This document shows, in pieces, positions 38,531 through 49,957 of a stretch of DNA of 64,000 nt (positions are counted from its first letter, which is position 1; the number at the start of each line of letters is the position of its first letter). The stretch lies in assembly GCA_035221665.1 (NCBI GenBank), contig CM069154.1:12772001-12836000 (forward strand), written 5' to 3'. This stretch comes from Okamejei kenojei. Taxonomy: Eukaryota. Made by a program: the position numbers and the translations under genes. The notes below the pieces were generated by a model. The model did no database searches, was not told the origin of the DNA, and saw nothing but the letters and a program-made list of their open reading frames with translations.

Positions 38531-39769
38531 ATTTTTTGAAGATGTAACTAGGAAAATGGACGAGGGAGAGCCAGTGGATGGAGTGTACCTGGATTTTCAG
38601 AAAGCATTTGATAAGGTCCCACATAGGAGATTAGTGGGCAAAATTAGGGCACATGGTATTGGGGGTAGAGTGCTGACATGGATAGAGAAGTGGTTGGCAG
38701 ACAGGAAACAAAGAGTAGGGATTAACGGGTCCCTTTCAGAATGGCAGGCAGTGACTAGTGGGATACCGAAAGGCTCGGTGCTGGGACCGCAGCTATTTAC
38801 AATGTACATCAATGATGAAGAGATTCAAAGTAACATTAGCAAATTTGCAGATGACACAAAGCTGGGTGGCAGTGTGAAAACTGTGAGGAGGATGCTATGA
38901 GAATGCAGGGTGACTTGGACAGGGTGGGGGAGTGGGCAGATTCATGGCAGATTAAGTTTAATGCAGATAAATGTGAGGTTATCCACTTTGGTTACAAATA
39001 CAGGAAGGCAGATTACTATCTAAATGGCATCAAGTTGGGAAAAGGGGAAGTGCAACGGGATCTGGGGGTCCTTGTACGTCAACCTATGAAAGTAAGCATG
39101 CAGGTACAGCAGGCAGTGAAGAAAGCAAATGGCATGTTGGCCTTTATAACAAGAGGAATCGAATATAGGAGCAAAGAGGTCCTTCTGCAGTTGCACAGAG
39201 CCCTAGTGAGACCACACCTGGAGTATTGTGTGCAGTTTTGGTCCCCTAATTTGAGGAAGGACATTCTTGCTATTGAGGGAGTGCAGCGTAGGTTTACAAG
39301 GTTAATTCCCGGGATGGCGGAACTGTCATATGCTGAGAGAATGGAGCGGCTGGGCTTGTACACTCTGGAGTTTAGAAGGATGAGAGAGAATCTCATTGAA
39401 ACATATAAGATTGTTAAGGGCTTGGACACACTAGAGGCAGTAAACATGTTCCCAATGTTGGGGGAGTCCAGAACCAGGAACCTCAGTTTAAGAATAAGGA
39501 GTAAGCCATTTAGAACGAGACGAGGAAACACTTTTTCTCACAGAGAGTGGTGAGCCTGTGGAATTCTCTGCATCAGGGCAGTGGAGGCAGGATCTCTGGA
39601 TGCTTTCAAGAGAGAGCTAGATAGGGCTCTTAAAAATAGCGAGTCAGGGGATATGGGGAGAAGGCAGGAACGGGGTACTGATTGGGGATGATCAGCCATG
39701 ATCACATTGAATGGTGGTGCTGGCTCGAAGGGCCAAATGTCCTCCTCCTGCACCTATTGTCTATTGTCT
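38531..39769 (+). mobile_element. Young 5'-truncated CR1-clade LINE (RT and 3' UTR)
   Basis: YLDFQKAFDKVPH, GSVLGPQLF, SKFADDTKLGG, LVRPHLEYCVQFW; (CTATTGT)n tail. Confidence 0.93.
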
Positions 39770-41582
39770 TGGCATTTACTCTTAAGACCTGGTAAGTAGT
39801 CTACCAACTTTTTTAAAAGATATGTGCATCGGGCTTAAGGGATTCCCAGAGTAGACACTGCACTGTATTTATGAATAAGGTTGGAAAGGAAATGTGTACA
39901 GTTTCTTGACTTCCAAGTGGGAAATGCTTGCTTCACAGAAACAACTAAGTTGTATCAACGGCTAGATTTAAACCTTTTCGGGTCTGGATCATCCTTGCCA
40001 AATTATCTGGAGCATTGCCTTGAGAACTCACAAAATGTAGGAGATGTTGAAGAGATAAATTCTGCAGAAGGTGCAGAAGGTGCAGAAGAGCAAAACTGAA
40101 GAGATAGGTCAAAAAGGACTAACCATTCTAAATTTTCTGGCAGAGCGATGGGCCATGGTCAAAACCCGATCCTCAAATCCCACCACTTTCCCAGATATCT
40201 CAAGCTCCCAAACCCTTTCCTACAGGGGTTTTGCACATCCGAGAAAATACCTTGCAGCTGAAAGTGAGAAACTCTTGACACCTCTCTCCACCTGCCCTTA
40301 GACTTGAAGGCATGGCAAAGGAGGGACTTGGTTTTGCCAATCCATCAAAATGGCATTATATCCAAATCTTAATACTCCACACTGATTGACAAAATTTGTT
40401 TATTTTGCACAAGCCTTATCAATTTTCTCCACTCATCCCTATCCCCAACTTTATTTTGAATACAGCTGTTAAATCATTGCAATAGGTCATTGTGTCAATG
40501 CCAATAAAATGGTTTCATATGAGAGAAAGCCATCCCATAGGAATACATTTGTGCTTATTACAAGAGATACAATGGGACAAAGGGGGATTGCTTTACACAA
40601 AATAAAATCACAATACGGATGGTGTTGCAATATTGCTATAGTGAGGGAGGGCCTATATTTCCAAGGAGTAAAAAAAACAAGGAGTGATCTCAGGATAGCA
40701 GTTGAGTGCCTGGCTTGAAAGTTTTTTCCCTGAACAAGAAAATTAACGTGCCATGTACAGAATTTTTTTACCTTTATCTTAAACGTTTAATGTTGCACAC
40801 CCTCAGGAAGGAAAGATAAATGTGGATGGGGTTGTACCAGGCACAAAAGGAATATGGCCATGGCTTTTTAACAGCCAGTCAGTATCGAGGTATTCAGCTG
40901 CATCATCAATAGTGTTCCTTTCATCATTTGGCCACAAAGTAGGCTACCCATAGATGGCAAAGTTCAGATCTATTTGAAATTCTTCATAATGAAAAAAATC
41001 ATGACTGTTGCCAGTAAGACTTGGATATTGTCCAAGCTCAAACCGATGTAGTCTAAACCTATGTCCTGATAGTCAATGACCAAGTCCATAAGAATATAAC
41101 CATCTCTAAATACTTTCATTAGTATTACCACTTTCAAATCACTCAGTGGCCTTAGGATCATCTAAAATTGAAATGGCTCAACCACAAAAACCACAGCATG
41201 TCAAAGATAACATATTCTGTGGCAAGTGACTCCAAAATACCTACAAGTCACAGCATGAGTATGTGGCATTTGTGTCCATTTAGCTCGATGAAGCCGATAC
41301 CTATACATACAGCTAAACAGCATCAAAACATTTTAAATCACTACCTTTGTGAATTCTTAACAAGGTGAATGACAATCTTAAGCATTTTAAGTAGATTTTA
41401 AACAACATAATTTAAAGACCTTTGCAGAGGTTCAGAGTAAAATTTGTCTTGCAAAATGCAAAGCTGGTTCTATCTGCCCAAGACTAAAACCACTGAAAGT
41501 GGCAGCCACCTTAACTTCAAGACTAGACGAATACAGAAGCTGAGCCAACCACCCAAGAAAGTAAAGTATACTCAGTGACTAA

Positions 41583-41818
41583 AGGGCCTGTCCCACTTGG
41601 CGATTTTTTTTCAGCGACTGCCAGCATCATTGACTGACGTATCAGGTCACTGAAAAAGTCGCAGCGTGATGACGTATTGACGAGCGGTGTTCCCTCAGGT
41701 GTCGCAACATTTTTGTCGCTGCTGGATTTTGAAATGTTCAAAATCTTTCGGCAACCCCGATATGTCAGTTAATGATGCTGGCAGTCACCGAAAAAAATCG
41801 TCAAGTGGGACAGGCCCT
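41583..41818. mobile_element. MITE, PIF/Harbinger-like
   Basis: Terminal inverted repeats AGGGCCTGTCCCACTTG...CAAGTGGGACAGGCCCT extend imperfectly for ~60 bp; TAA/TTA flanks. Confidence 0.8.
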
Positions 41819-42532
41819 TTAGATATTTTACTTGTAGCAAATGAAAGAAAGGTTTGGAATAGTCCTCTGATTCATTCTTCTGACTGACTTTGCATGTCTT
41901 GGTAACCATGATTTAACTATAACAAAATAATTTTGATATTCTTTCATGCAATTTCCACTTCAATGTTTTGTTATCCTTTTCAATGAGCTTCATTGTTATG
42001 CCTTTGTCAACGGTCTACAGTGGGTCAACTCTGCCACTTTTTAAAAACAAATATATTCATCTATTTATGTATTGCCCTACATTTAGGCGGAATTCCAAGT
42101 TATGCCTGCACAAAACTGCCAAAACAAACTACCCAAGTTCATTTGTGAAATACAGATTTACTCTGAAAGAGACGCACCAATCCCTGTTCTATAGCCAGGC
42201 AATCCTATTACAGAACATTGTGGATGGGGAGCTAGGCATTGATGTCTCAGCAGTTTTAATTGAAAAACATTTGTGCTCTCATTCACTTGAATATACTGCC
42301 CATGTCAGAAATGCGAAATGTAGAATATAATGGTGTGCATTTAAAAAGCTTTAAACATAAGCACGGCACATATTTTACACAAAAGTGTTAATTAACAATT
42401 TGAATTGAAATAAGGAATTTCAAAATAAATCAGTGCCCTACTTAATGTTATTCCACTTCATACAGGGCAATGAAGTGCCCATAAAATGGACAATTGGAAC
42501 ATTACACATATCAAGCAGTGACAATTTCTCAC

Positions 42533-42731
42533 CTCCCACTTTCAGATCTTGGAGATTACCACTGTATTGTGAGCAATGGAAGAATAGTCTGGCTTGACGT
42601 TCAGTGCACTGGATAAAACCATATGATGCCAGCAGCTTCTCAATAACGCCAGTTTCGCGCAGGGCTCCCGAGGTACCGTTAGCAAAACCAGAGTGGCCAT
42701 TGTTATGCAAGAGGTTTGGATCAAAGCTCAT
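42533..42731 (-). CDS. CSDE1: CSDE1 coding exon with canonical start (CSD1)
   Basis: cag|ATG; MSFDPNLLHNNGHSGFANGTSGALRETGVIEKLLASYGFIQCTERQARLFFHCSQYSGNLQDLKVG; G|gtgag; 199 nt. Confidence 0.97.
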
Positions 42732-44711
42732 CTGCGACAAGGATATATAAAAAGAGATATTCATGAATTTAACTGAAAGAACACCCCAATTCACTACAAA
42801 CCAAAACAGGCTGCAACCAGATAACATTGATAACAAATGCAGACAAAATAAAACTACCTATGTAACTGAAATTCAAACAAAAAATTAGTAATAGTTTCTA
42901 TAAGAAATCTCACCAAGCCATTCACAAAATAGAATACACAGACAATTAAATTGCAGAATGAGAAGGCAATATTTGAGTAGGATGAGAAAGGGGAGGAACG
43001 GCAGAACACCACCAAGCAGACTCACTGACATTCTTCAATTACTCACCACATACTGCAGATTGAGGTTGGTTGCTTTTGTTACTAATATGCAGGAACTGTT
43101 GCTTCATAATACCAGTATTGGAACATTTATAAATTAAATAATTACCACTATATTTCTACGTCAAATATCTTAGCAAGGAGGGGAAAAAAAATCTTTAAAG
43201 ATAATGCTTTCAGAGGATTAAAACAATTACTCCAGGGTTGTAAATTTCAGCATTAACATACTGTGTACATTTTGTTTGAAAGCATGAAGATAATTTATAA
43301 TTAATATTCACAACATAATTTAACATGACAAAGTACAGGTAATTCTGCTATAACGCAATAGTTGTGCTAAGAAACCTGGTATGATTTTCAAACATAGGTC
43401 TTTTGAACAAGTTCATTTTTGTTGCTGCATGTTAAAAATATTAAGATACTCTAAAATCATTTAAGAGTTTTTCATTGCACAAGTGTCAATAGGACAATTG
43501 GTTGTCAATTTATATGACCACCAGTGGATATAATAGTAGCTCTGTTCTTGAGACAATGGGAAACTTTTTTCCCTATACTATATAAATCCAAGACAGCTTC
43601 GTCGGCTTTACAATTCACAAAGTAACTTAACTGCTTCTCTAATTCCCAATCAAAATCTCATTACCAATAATTTGGCTTCCAAAATGTAAATTGCATTTCC
43701 AATTTTAACAATCATCTTATATCCAATTCACATTAAGGAATTATAGCAGAACTACCACCATGTTGTTTTATCCAAGCAACGTTCTAAAGTGAAGATTAAA
43801 ATTCAGACTGGTCCATTATTTGCAACTAACTGATTTAGAAACAGGTGCAGAAAAAAAGGACAATAAAATCACTGGGTGCAAGTTTGGTGTTTGTTAGTTT
43901 GAATTCAACATGCATCTACATTAATCATCGTTTAATTAGCAATACAAACCAGCTTTGAGCATTAGGATCCAAAAAGCTGATGCTGACAAATTACTATCAA
44001 AAGACCCAAGTTGCTCCTACCATGACAAATTTTCTTTGGAACTATTACGGTAGTTCTTTAATAGTCAAGACAGCCAAAAGAAAACAGGATACAAAGATTG
44101 GGTAGTGACTTTTGTTTGAATATTGGGGATTATTTCCATTTCCTCATGCTAAATGGGACTCAGAACTTAAAGTAAAACCTGCTGTAATTAACAAGATCAG
44201 CTTTTTAACCCAGATTTTTACAGTAGTCCAACTCATTTAAACTCTGAAAATGATATACCAGAAACATTAGCCAGTCTATTTTCCCCATATCTGATGACCG
44301 ATTGTAGTGAGGTCATTGCTTTCTACAATCTTTAGGATGTTAAGTAGTTTTACACGTGGTGCTCATGTAAGGATGTAAACTATACCAGGTGTTTTAGACT
44401 TGCTCCCAGAAAGATCTTAGAAGCCAGTAACATCAAGCACGCTGTCACCAAATAGCCATGTGCTCCAAATATTGCCATGCCTCAATTTAAATTTGGTTTA
44501 CAAGATTATGACAGAAGTGGCTGATAGATCAATTTATATTACCAACTACAAAATTAACAATGCTCTAACCCCCTCAAAAGTTAAAAGCTTAGGGTGTAAA
44601 TAAAAAGCAATGTCCATGCAAGTGGGCTGCTATCCCAAGTTCAAACTAATGCTGTTACTACATGCTGTTAGCACAAGTACGAGATTAAATTCTCAATTCT
44701 TCCTCACTTAC

Positions 44712-44846
44712 TGATCTCTGATAAAGTGGAATTCTCTTCTGTTTTTTAGCACTGATTGAGGCAGAACGTGTTGAAAGAGGGTGACAGGGAGTACTGGAAG
44801 TTGAAGGATTATGATGCTCTGAAGACGCCGAGTAGAGATTCTCCAT
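44712..44846 (-). CDS. CSDE1: CSDE1 alternative exon encoding a 45-aa N-terminal extension (exon about 44712-44853)
   Basis: MENLYSASSEHHNPSTSSTPCHPLSTRSASISAKKQKRIPLYQRS, then donor TCA|gtaagt in phase 0, in frame with the ATG at 42731. Acceptor ctttcgcactccag|CTATAAAATG. Resembles the human long-isoform N-terminus (MENV...KKQKRTPTYQRS, from recall). Confidence 0.85.
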
Positions 44847-45984
44847 TTTATAGCTGGAGTGCGAAAGTAAAGCATCATAGAACAAATCTATGAAAACCCA
44901 GTTGCATTTTGTAAACAACATCCATATGAAAAGGACATTCCATATGAAAAGGACATTAAATTCACTACATAAATATTAATTTTCAGTATGTGCCATAATA
45001 TATGGGCATTGAAGACAACCCTTACAAAAATGGCTTAGGCCTCAATTTAGCAAGCAGACTAATGCAAACTAGGAAAATTCAGGCTTCAATCTTTAGTCCA
45101 CTGGCGATCTCAGCAGAAGTGGTAATAAGAACATTACTGTTCATGGCAAGGTCATTTAAAAATCCTTTTAATGCTCACACCCACCCGGGCCAAGCTCAGC
45201 TGAATTTCATCCAAGCTTGAGGTTTGCAAAGGACAAATGTGTGGCACACTGCAGTTAGAACAGGAGTGAAGACTGGGGTGGGGGGGGGGGGGGGGGGGGG
45301 GGGAAGGGAAATGAGAGGGGAAGAATGCCAAGCATACATGGAAAACTATTCCAAACACTTCTGACACTCAATATCCTTGTTTAAAATGACGAATGCCGTC
45401 ATTTGTACCAGTCACCATGAATGCAATTTTGCTATTCAGTGTTCATAGCACCATAAATCCCAATTGGCGAGGGATACAAATCAATTATGATCATTCTAAA
45501 ATAAAATTTAGTTACAGACAGAACCATACCCAATGCAACTCTGCTGAAAGGATATCATACTAGTCAACCTACCTTGGATCTTAGTTAATCATGCTTTCAA
45601 CCAAGTTTTAATCCTCATTTTCAAATCCCTTCACAGAACCTTTTTTCCCTGTTGCCAGCCGGGCAACCTCGGCAGCTTTTTAGGCTGCCAAATGACAGTT
45701 TAGGCGGTCATTTAAGACGGCTTGCATGACGCGTGCAATAATGTGCTCGGACGAAGTGCGTAGTTACCAGTCGGAATTATGGTCAATGCATTCACATATT
45801 ATTTCTGCTTCAAATAAAGTCACAAACTAAACATATTCACCAATCAAGACATGATATATACCACAATGACATGCAGCAAAATTACAATACAGTATTTCAT
45901 CTCTTTTTACACATTGCAATGAATGCAATTTCTATTATCTTTCCACTTCCAAACAAAAATATGGTTATTCAACGTATGATCAAC

Positions 45985-46432
45985 CTCGGTGAGACCAAGC
46001 GCAGGCTTGGCAATCGCTTCGCATAACACCTCCACTCATGTCGCAATAACCAACCTGATCCCCCGGTGGCTCAGCACTTCAACTCCCCCTCCCATTCAGA
46101 ATCCGACCTTTCTGTCCTGGGCCTGCTCCATGGACGGAGTAAGGCCCACCGCAAATTGGAGGAACAGCACCTCATATTTTGCTTGGGTAGTTTACACCCC
46201 AGCGGTATGAACATTGGCTTCTCCAATTTCAGGTAGTCCTTGCTTTCTCCCTCCTTCCCCTCCCATTCCCAGCTCTCCCACAGCCTACTGTCTCCGCCTC
46301 TTCATTTCTTTTTCCAGCCCCTCACCCCTCCCGACATCAGTCTGAAGAAGGGCCTCGACCCAAAATGTCGCCCATTTCCTTCGCTCCATAGATGCTGCCT
46401 CACCTGCTGAGTGTCTCCAGCATTTTTGTCCA
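45985..46432 (+). mobile_element. Penelope-like element 3' end: GIY-YIG C-terminus plus terminal repeat with hammerhead-like motif
   Basis: GETKRRLGNRFA..H..PVAQHFNSPSHSESDLSVLGLLH..RKLEEQHLIFCLGSLHPSGMNIGFSNFR*, then catcagtCTGAAGAAGGGCCTCGACCCAAAATGTC. Confidence 0.8.
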
Positions 46433-46917
46433 CCCATTCACTTAAACTATTCCTGTTACACCATTTCAATTGTTCAACAGTGCTTTTGAAATTGTGTAAC
46501 AGGAATAGTTTAAGTGAATGAAAGAGTGCTTTACAAACAGTACAGAGTACATTACTTGAGCTGAGAGAGGACACTGCATATCATTCTTGCTCCCACCAAC
46601 AACCATTCAAGTGTTTTAAGATACAAGATCATAGATGTCTAGGGAAAATGTGCTGACAAAGTGGAACATACAGGCTGCACAGAAAACATTAAAGCCTGGT
46701 CTTTAAAATAATAAATAAATGTTAATGTAATAATTCACTTGAAATGGCTTGGAATACAATAAAAGGCAAGCTGTTAAAGCAGCAACAAGCAACTCTGACT
46801 GGATCATCGGTGCTTCAGATGGACTGATCCATCTTCAGGGATTGCAGCTGCTGCAGGTTTGAATAGACTCAATAACACTAAGCAAATTGTGAAATGCAGA
46901 TTACAGACACTGGTTCC

Positions 46918-47053
46918 TGGGGTGGAAGACTGCAACCTTCACGTGGTCCGCCCTGCTTCGACGAATGCAATCAACCCGGCGTGCAATCAAAGAGAACAAG
47001 TTGTCCTACAACTTTAGGCTGTGCACGCCATATGCAATAAGAAGAAGACGACA
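46918..47053 (+). mobile_element. Short non-LTR retroelement insertion with (AAG)n tail
   Basis: 11-bp TSD acactggttcc at 46907-46917 and 47054-47064; ends aataagaagaagac. Confidence 0.7.
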
Positions 47054-47091
47054 ACACTGGTTCCCATCTAAAGAATCATGTTACCACACAA

Positions 47092-47310
47092 AGACACAAA
47101 ATATTAAAGTAACTCAGCAGATCAGGCGACATCTTCTGTGAAGATGGATGGGTGACGTATCAGATCGGGACCCTTCTTCTGGGAAGAAGGTTCTTAACCT
47201 AAAATATCACCAACTTACGTTCTCCACAGATGCTGCCTGACCTGCTGAGTTACTCCAGCATTGTCTCTATTTAAAAAAAATATATAAACCAGCATCTGCA
47301 CTTCCTTATA
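47092..47310. repeat. Head-to-head inverted pair of the Penelope-associated short element
   Basis: Centre ccttcttc-tgg-gaagaagg (47172-47190); arms gtaactcagcagatcaggc / gcctgacctgctgagttac. Confidence 0.7.
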
Positions 47311-47654
47311 TCCACATACTACCATACATCCAGTTGTCAAACATTACAAAAAACATTTTTATATTGCTGCTCCTCTCCACCAAGGCAAAATCTCACAGCA
47401 GGCAAAAGTGTACCTTTTATCAACAGTGGGTTATGGTAGTACTGCTAATCTTTACAACTGCACTTAAGTTTCACCCATTCTTCATCCATTTTTCAATGTC
47501 ATCATAACGAGAAATCCAGAGTTAATTCTATTGCACTCTTAACAAACTGCAGAGACAAACTCAGCCAAGAATTAATACTTTGGAATAAAAACACTGATCC
47601 AACTCAAAATAAACAATTCCTATAAAAACAAAATGGGCAAATGGCTTTCAAAAA

Positions 47655-48075
47655 GATTATTGCGTCATTTGAATACTATTATACCATATCCTTACTGGAT
47701 GCATCACGGTCTGGTTCGGCAATGCAGATGCCCAGGAATGGAGATTACAAAAAGTGGTGACTCCAGTGAACACTGCCCAGTCCATCGGTCCACCATCAAA
47801 GGGATTTATCAGAGACACTGCCACAAAAAGGCAGCCAACTTTACTAGGGACCCACACCACTCTGGCCACACTCTCAATACACTCCTGCCATTGGGATTAC
47901 GACAGATGCCTGAAAACTAATATCCAAGTTCAGGAATAGCTTCTTCCCAACAGCCATCAGACTATTAAACATGAACTACTCCTACTAAACCCCAAAGTAC
48001 AAACTGCATTGCCTGCACTAGGCATTTTATTGTTCTATTTCAGAACATATGACAATAAAACACTCTTGACTCGAT
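47655..48075 (+). mobile_element. L2/Rex-like LINE 3' fragment
   Basis: gatgcatcacggtctggttcggcaa...ttcaggaatagcttcttcccaacagccatcagactattaaac...gacaataaaacactcttgactc. Confidence 0.65.
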
Positions 48076-48679
48076 TGCGAGTTATAGTATCACCTACGAC
48101 TCAAGACTTTATAAACCTTCAAAAGTGTGAATTGTATTTTTTTTAAACCTAGAATTCTGCATTATACGTGGAATCTTCTGCACAGGATAGGGAAGTTTAC
48201 TAAACACAGCTCGTCTCCTCAAATGGCCCAAATTTCAAGAAGCACTTCCCTCTCGTGGGTCCCCAGAGTTGGAGATAGCAGAAGAGGTCAAAGGAGTCTT
48301 CAAAAGAAATATAGGATCCATGCATGTGGTACCATCCTTTTATAACAATTAGTCCTCAAGAACATGGAAGTAATCTTCACAGGGATGATTTCCAATAATT
48401 TTAAATGAAAAATATTACTTATTGTGCACTATTGTATGTTAACTCCATTCATCTAAAATAACAGCTGAAAAAATACCAAATATTGAAAATGCAGGTGTTG
48501 TTAGAAATGCATGTTTTGAAATACAATCCATTTTGAAAAGCAGACTAAAGTCAGGATGAACTTTTCTCAGTAACTGAAAAGCTGAAAATGTAAAACTTCC
48601 ACCCGCTCCTATTCTAAAAAAAATAAAAACTCCAAATTGGTGAATTCTAGTGCATGGTACAACAATTTTAAAAGTACAC

Positions 48680-49290
48680 CATCTGCAGACCCGTTGGGCC
48701 CATCCCCTAACGCAATATACCATCACTGACCCCGTAGCCCCCAACTGCGCAGGCGCAGCTGACAGGTTCCCGGGGTGATGCCATAGATCCCCGTTGTGAT
48801 GCAAGTTATGGCACCCCTCTCCCAACTGTGCAAGTGCGGGCGGCAAGTGGGAGCAGACTGTGACGTTTTTAAAGTTCAAAATGGCAATAATTCGTAAAAT
48901 ATCAGATCAATGTGTCTCACTCTCCCTCTTCAATCCCCCACTGCCCTCCTCTCCCCCCCCACTCCTACCCTCCTCACCACCCCACTTTCCCCTCCCTCCC
49001 ACCCTACCCTCTCCCTCAATCCCCTTCCTGCCCCCACTCTCTCCCCCCTCATCCCCCAATTTTCTTCTCCCTACCCCCCTCCTCTCCCTTGATCCCCCTT
49101 CTCCCCCACTCCACTGTATCCCACCCATCACCACAATGAAAATCGCGAAATATAACATCAATCTGAACGAAACTTTGATAAAACGCACCACAGGACAATT
49201 GTGAGTAAGGTGGTCCAAAATTTTGTAGCCTTATGGTGTACCGTTTTGGCGTAGTCCACAAGCGGGGTTACAGAATCACAAACGAGATTC
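48680..49290. repeat. Interspersed repeat with internal C-rich low-complexity tract (possibly a non-autonomous Helitron-like element), truncated by the gap
   Basis: CpG-richer than its flanks; terminal hairpin-like gacccgttgggcc; pyrimidine tract at 48915-49120; class assignment is tentative. Confidence 0.35.
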
Positions 49291-49831
49291 NNNNNNNNNN
49301 NNNNNNNNNNNNNNNNNNNNNNNNNNNNNNNNNNNNNNNNNNNNNNNNNNNNNNNNNNNNNNNNNNNNNNNNNNNNNNNNNNNNNNNNNNNNNNNNNNNN
49401 NNNNNNNNNNNNNNNNNNNNNNNNNNNNNNNNNNNNNNNNNNNNNNNNNNNNNNNNNNNNNNNNNNNNNNNNNNNNNNNNNNNNNNNNNNNNNNNNNNNN
49501 NNNNNNNNNNNNNNNNNNNNNNNNNNNNNNNNNNNNNNNNNNNNNNNNNNNNNNNNNNNNNNNNNNNNNNNNNNNNNNNNNNNNNNNNNNNNNNNNNNNN
49601 NNNNNNNNNNNNNNNNNNNNNNNNNNNNNNNNNNNNNNNNNNNNNNNNNNNNNNNNNNNNNNNNNNNNNNNNNNNNNNNNNNNNNNNNNNNNNNNNNNNN
49701 NNNNNNNNNNNNNNNNNNNNNNNNNNNNNNNNNNNNNNNNNNNNNNNNNNNNNNNNNNNNNNNNNNNNNNNNNNNNNNNNNNNNNNNNNNNNNNNNNNNN
49801 NNNNNNNNNNNNNNNNNNNNNNNNNNNNNNN
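49291..49831. other. Assembly gap (541 N)
   Basis: Run of n. Confidence 1.
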
Positions 49832-49957
49832 TTGTTGTCTTGACTGATCAAGCGGTCATCCCTGCTTCTTTCTGAAGCAAAAAAATCTATGCTTTTCCCA
49901 ATAATGCCACCATCAACTTTCATTGATACTGAAAGTTGGAGTATCTTTCAATGCTCC

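Noticed and set aside
42732-42836. 35-aa N-terminal extension in the ORF track (MLSMLSG...)
   Set aside because: Intronic: a polypyrimidine tract and AG acceptor sit directly before the ATG at 42731
13219-45303. Long G/C homopolymers (about 13219, 19057, 21752, 45280) as G-quadruplex elements
   Set aside because: Simple homopolymers of uncertain true length, often next to repeats; nothing supports a function
49233-49923. Two ORFs over 200 aa
   Set aside because: Artefacts of translating through the N gap
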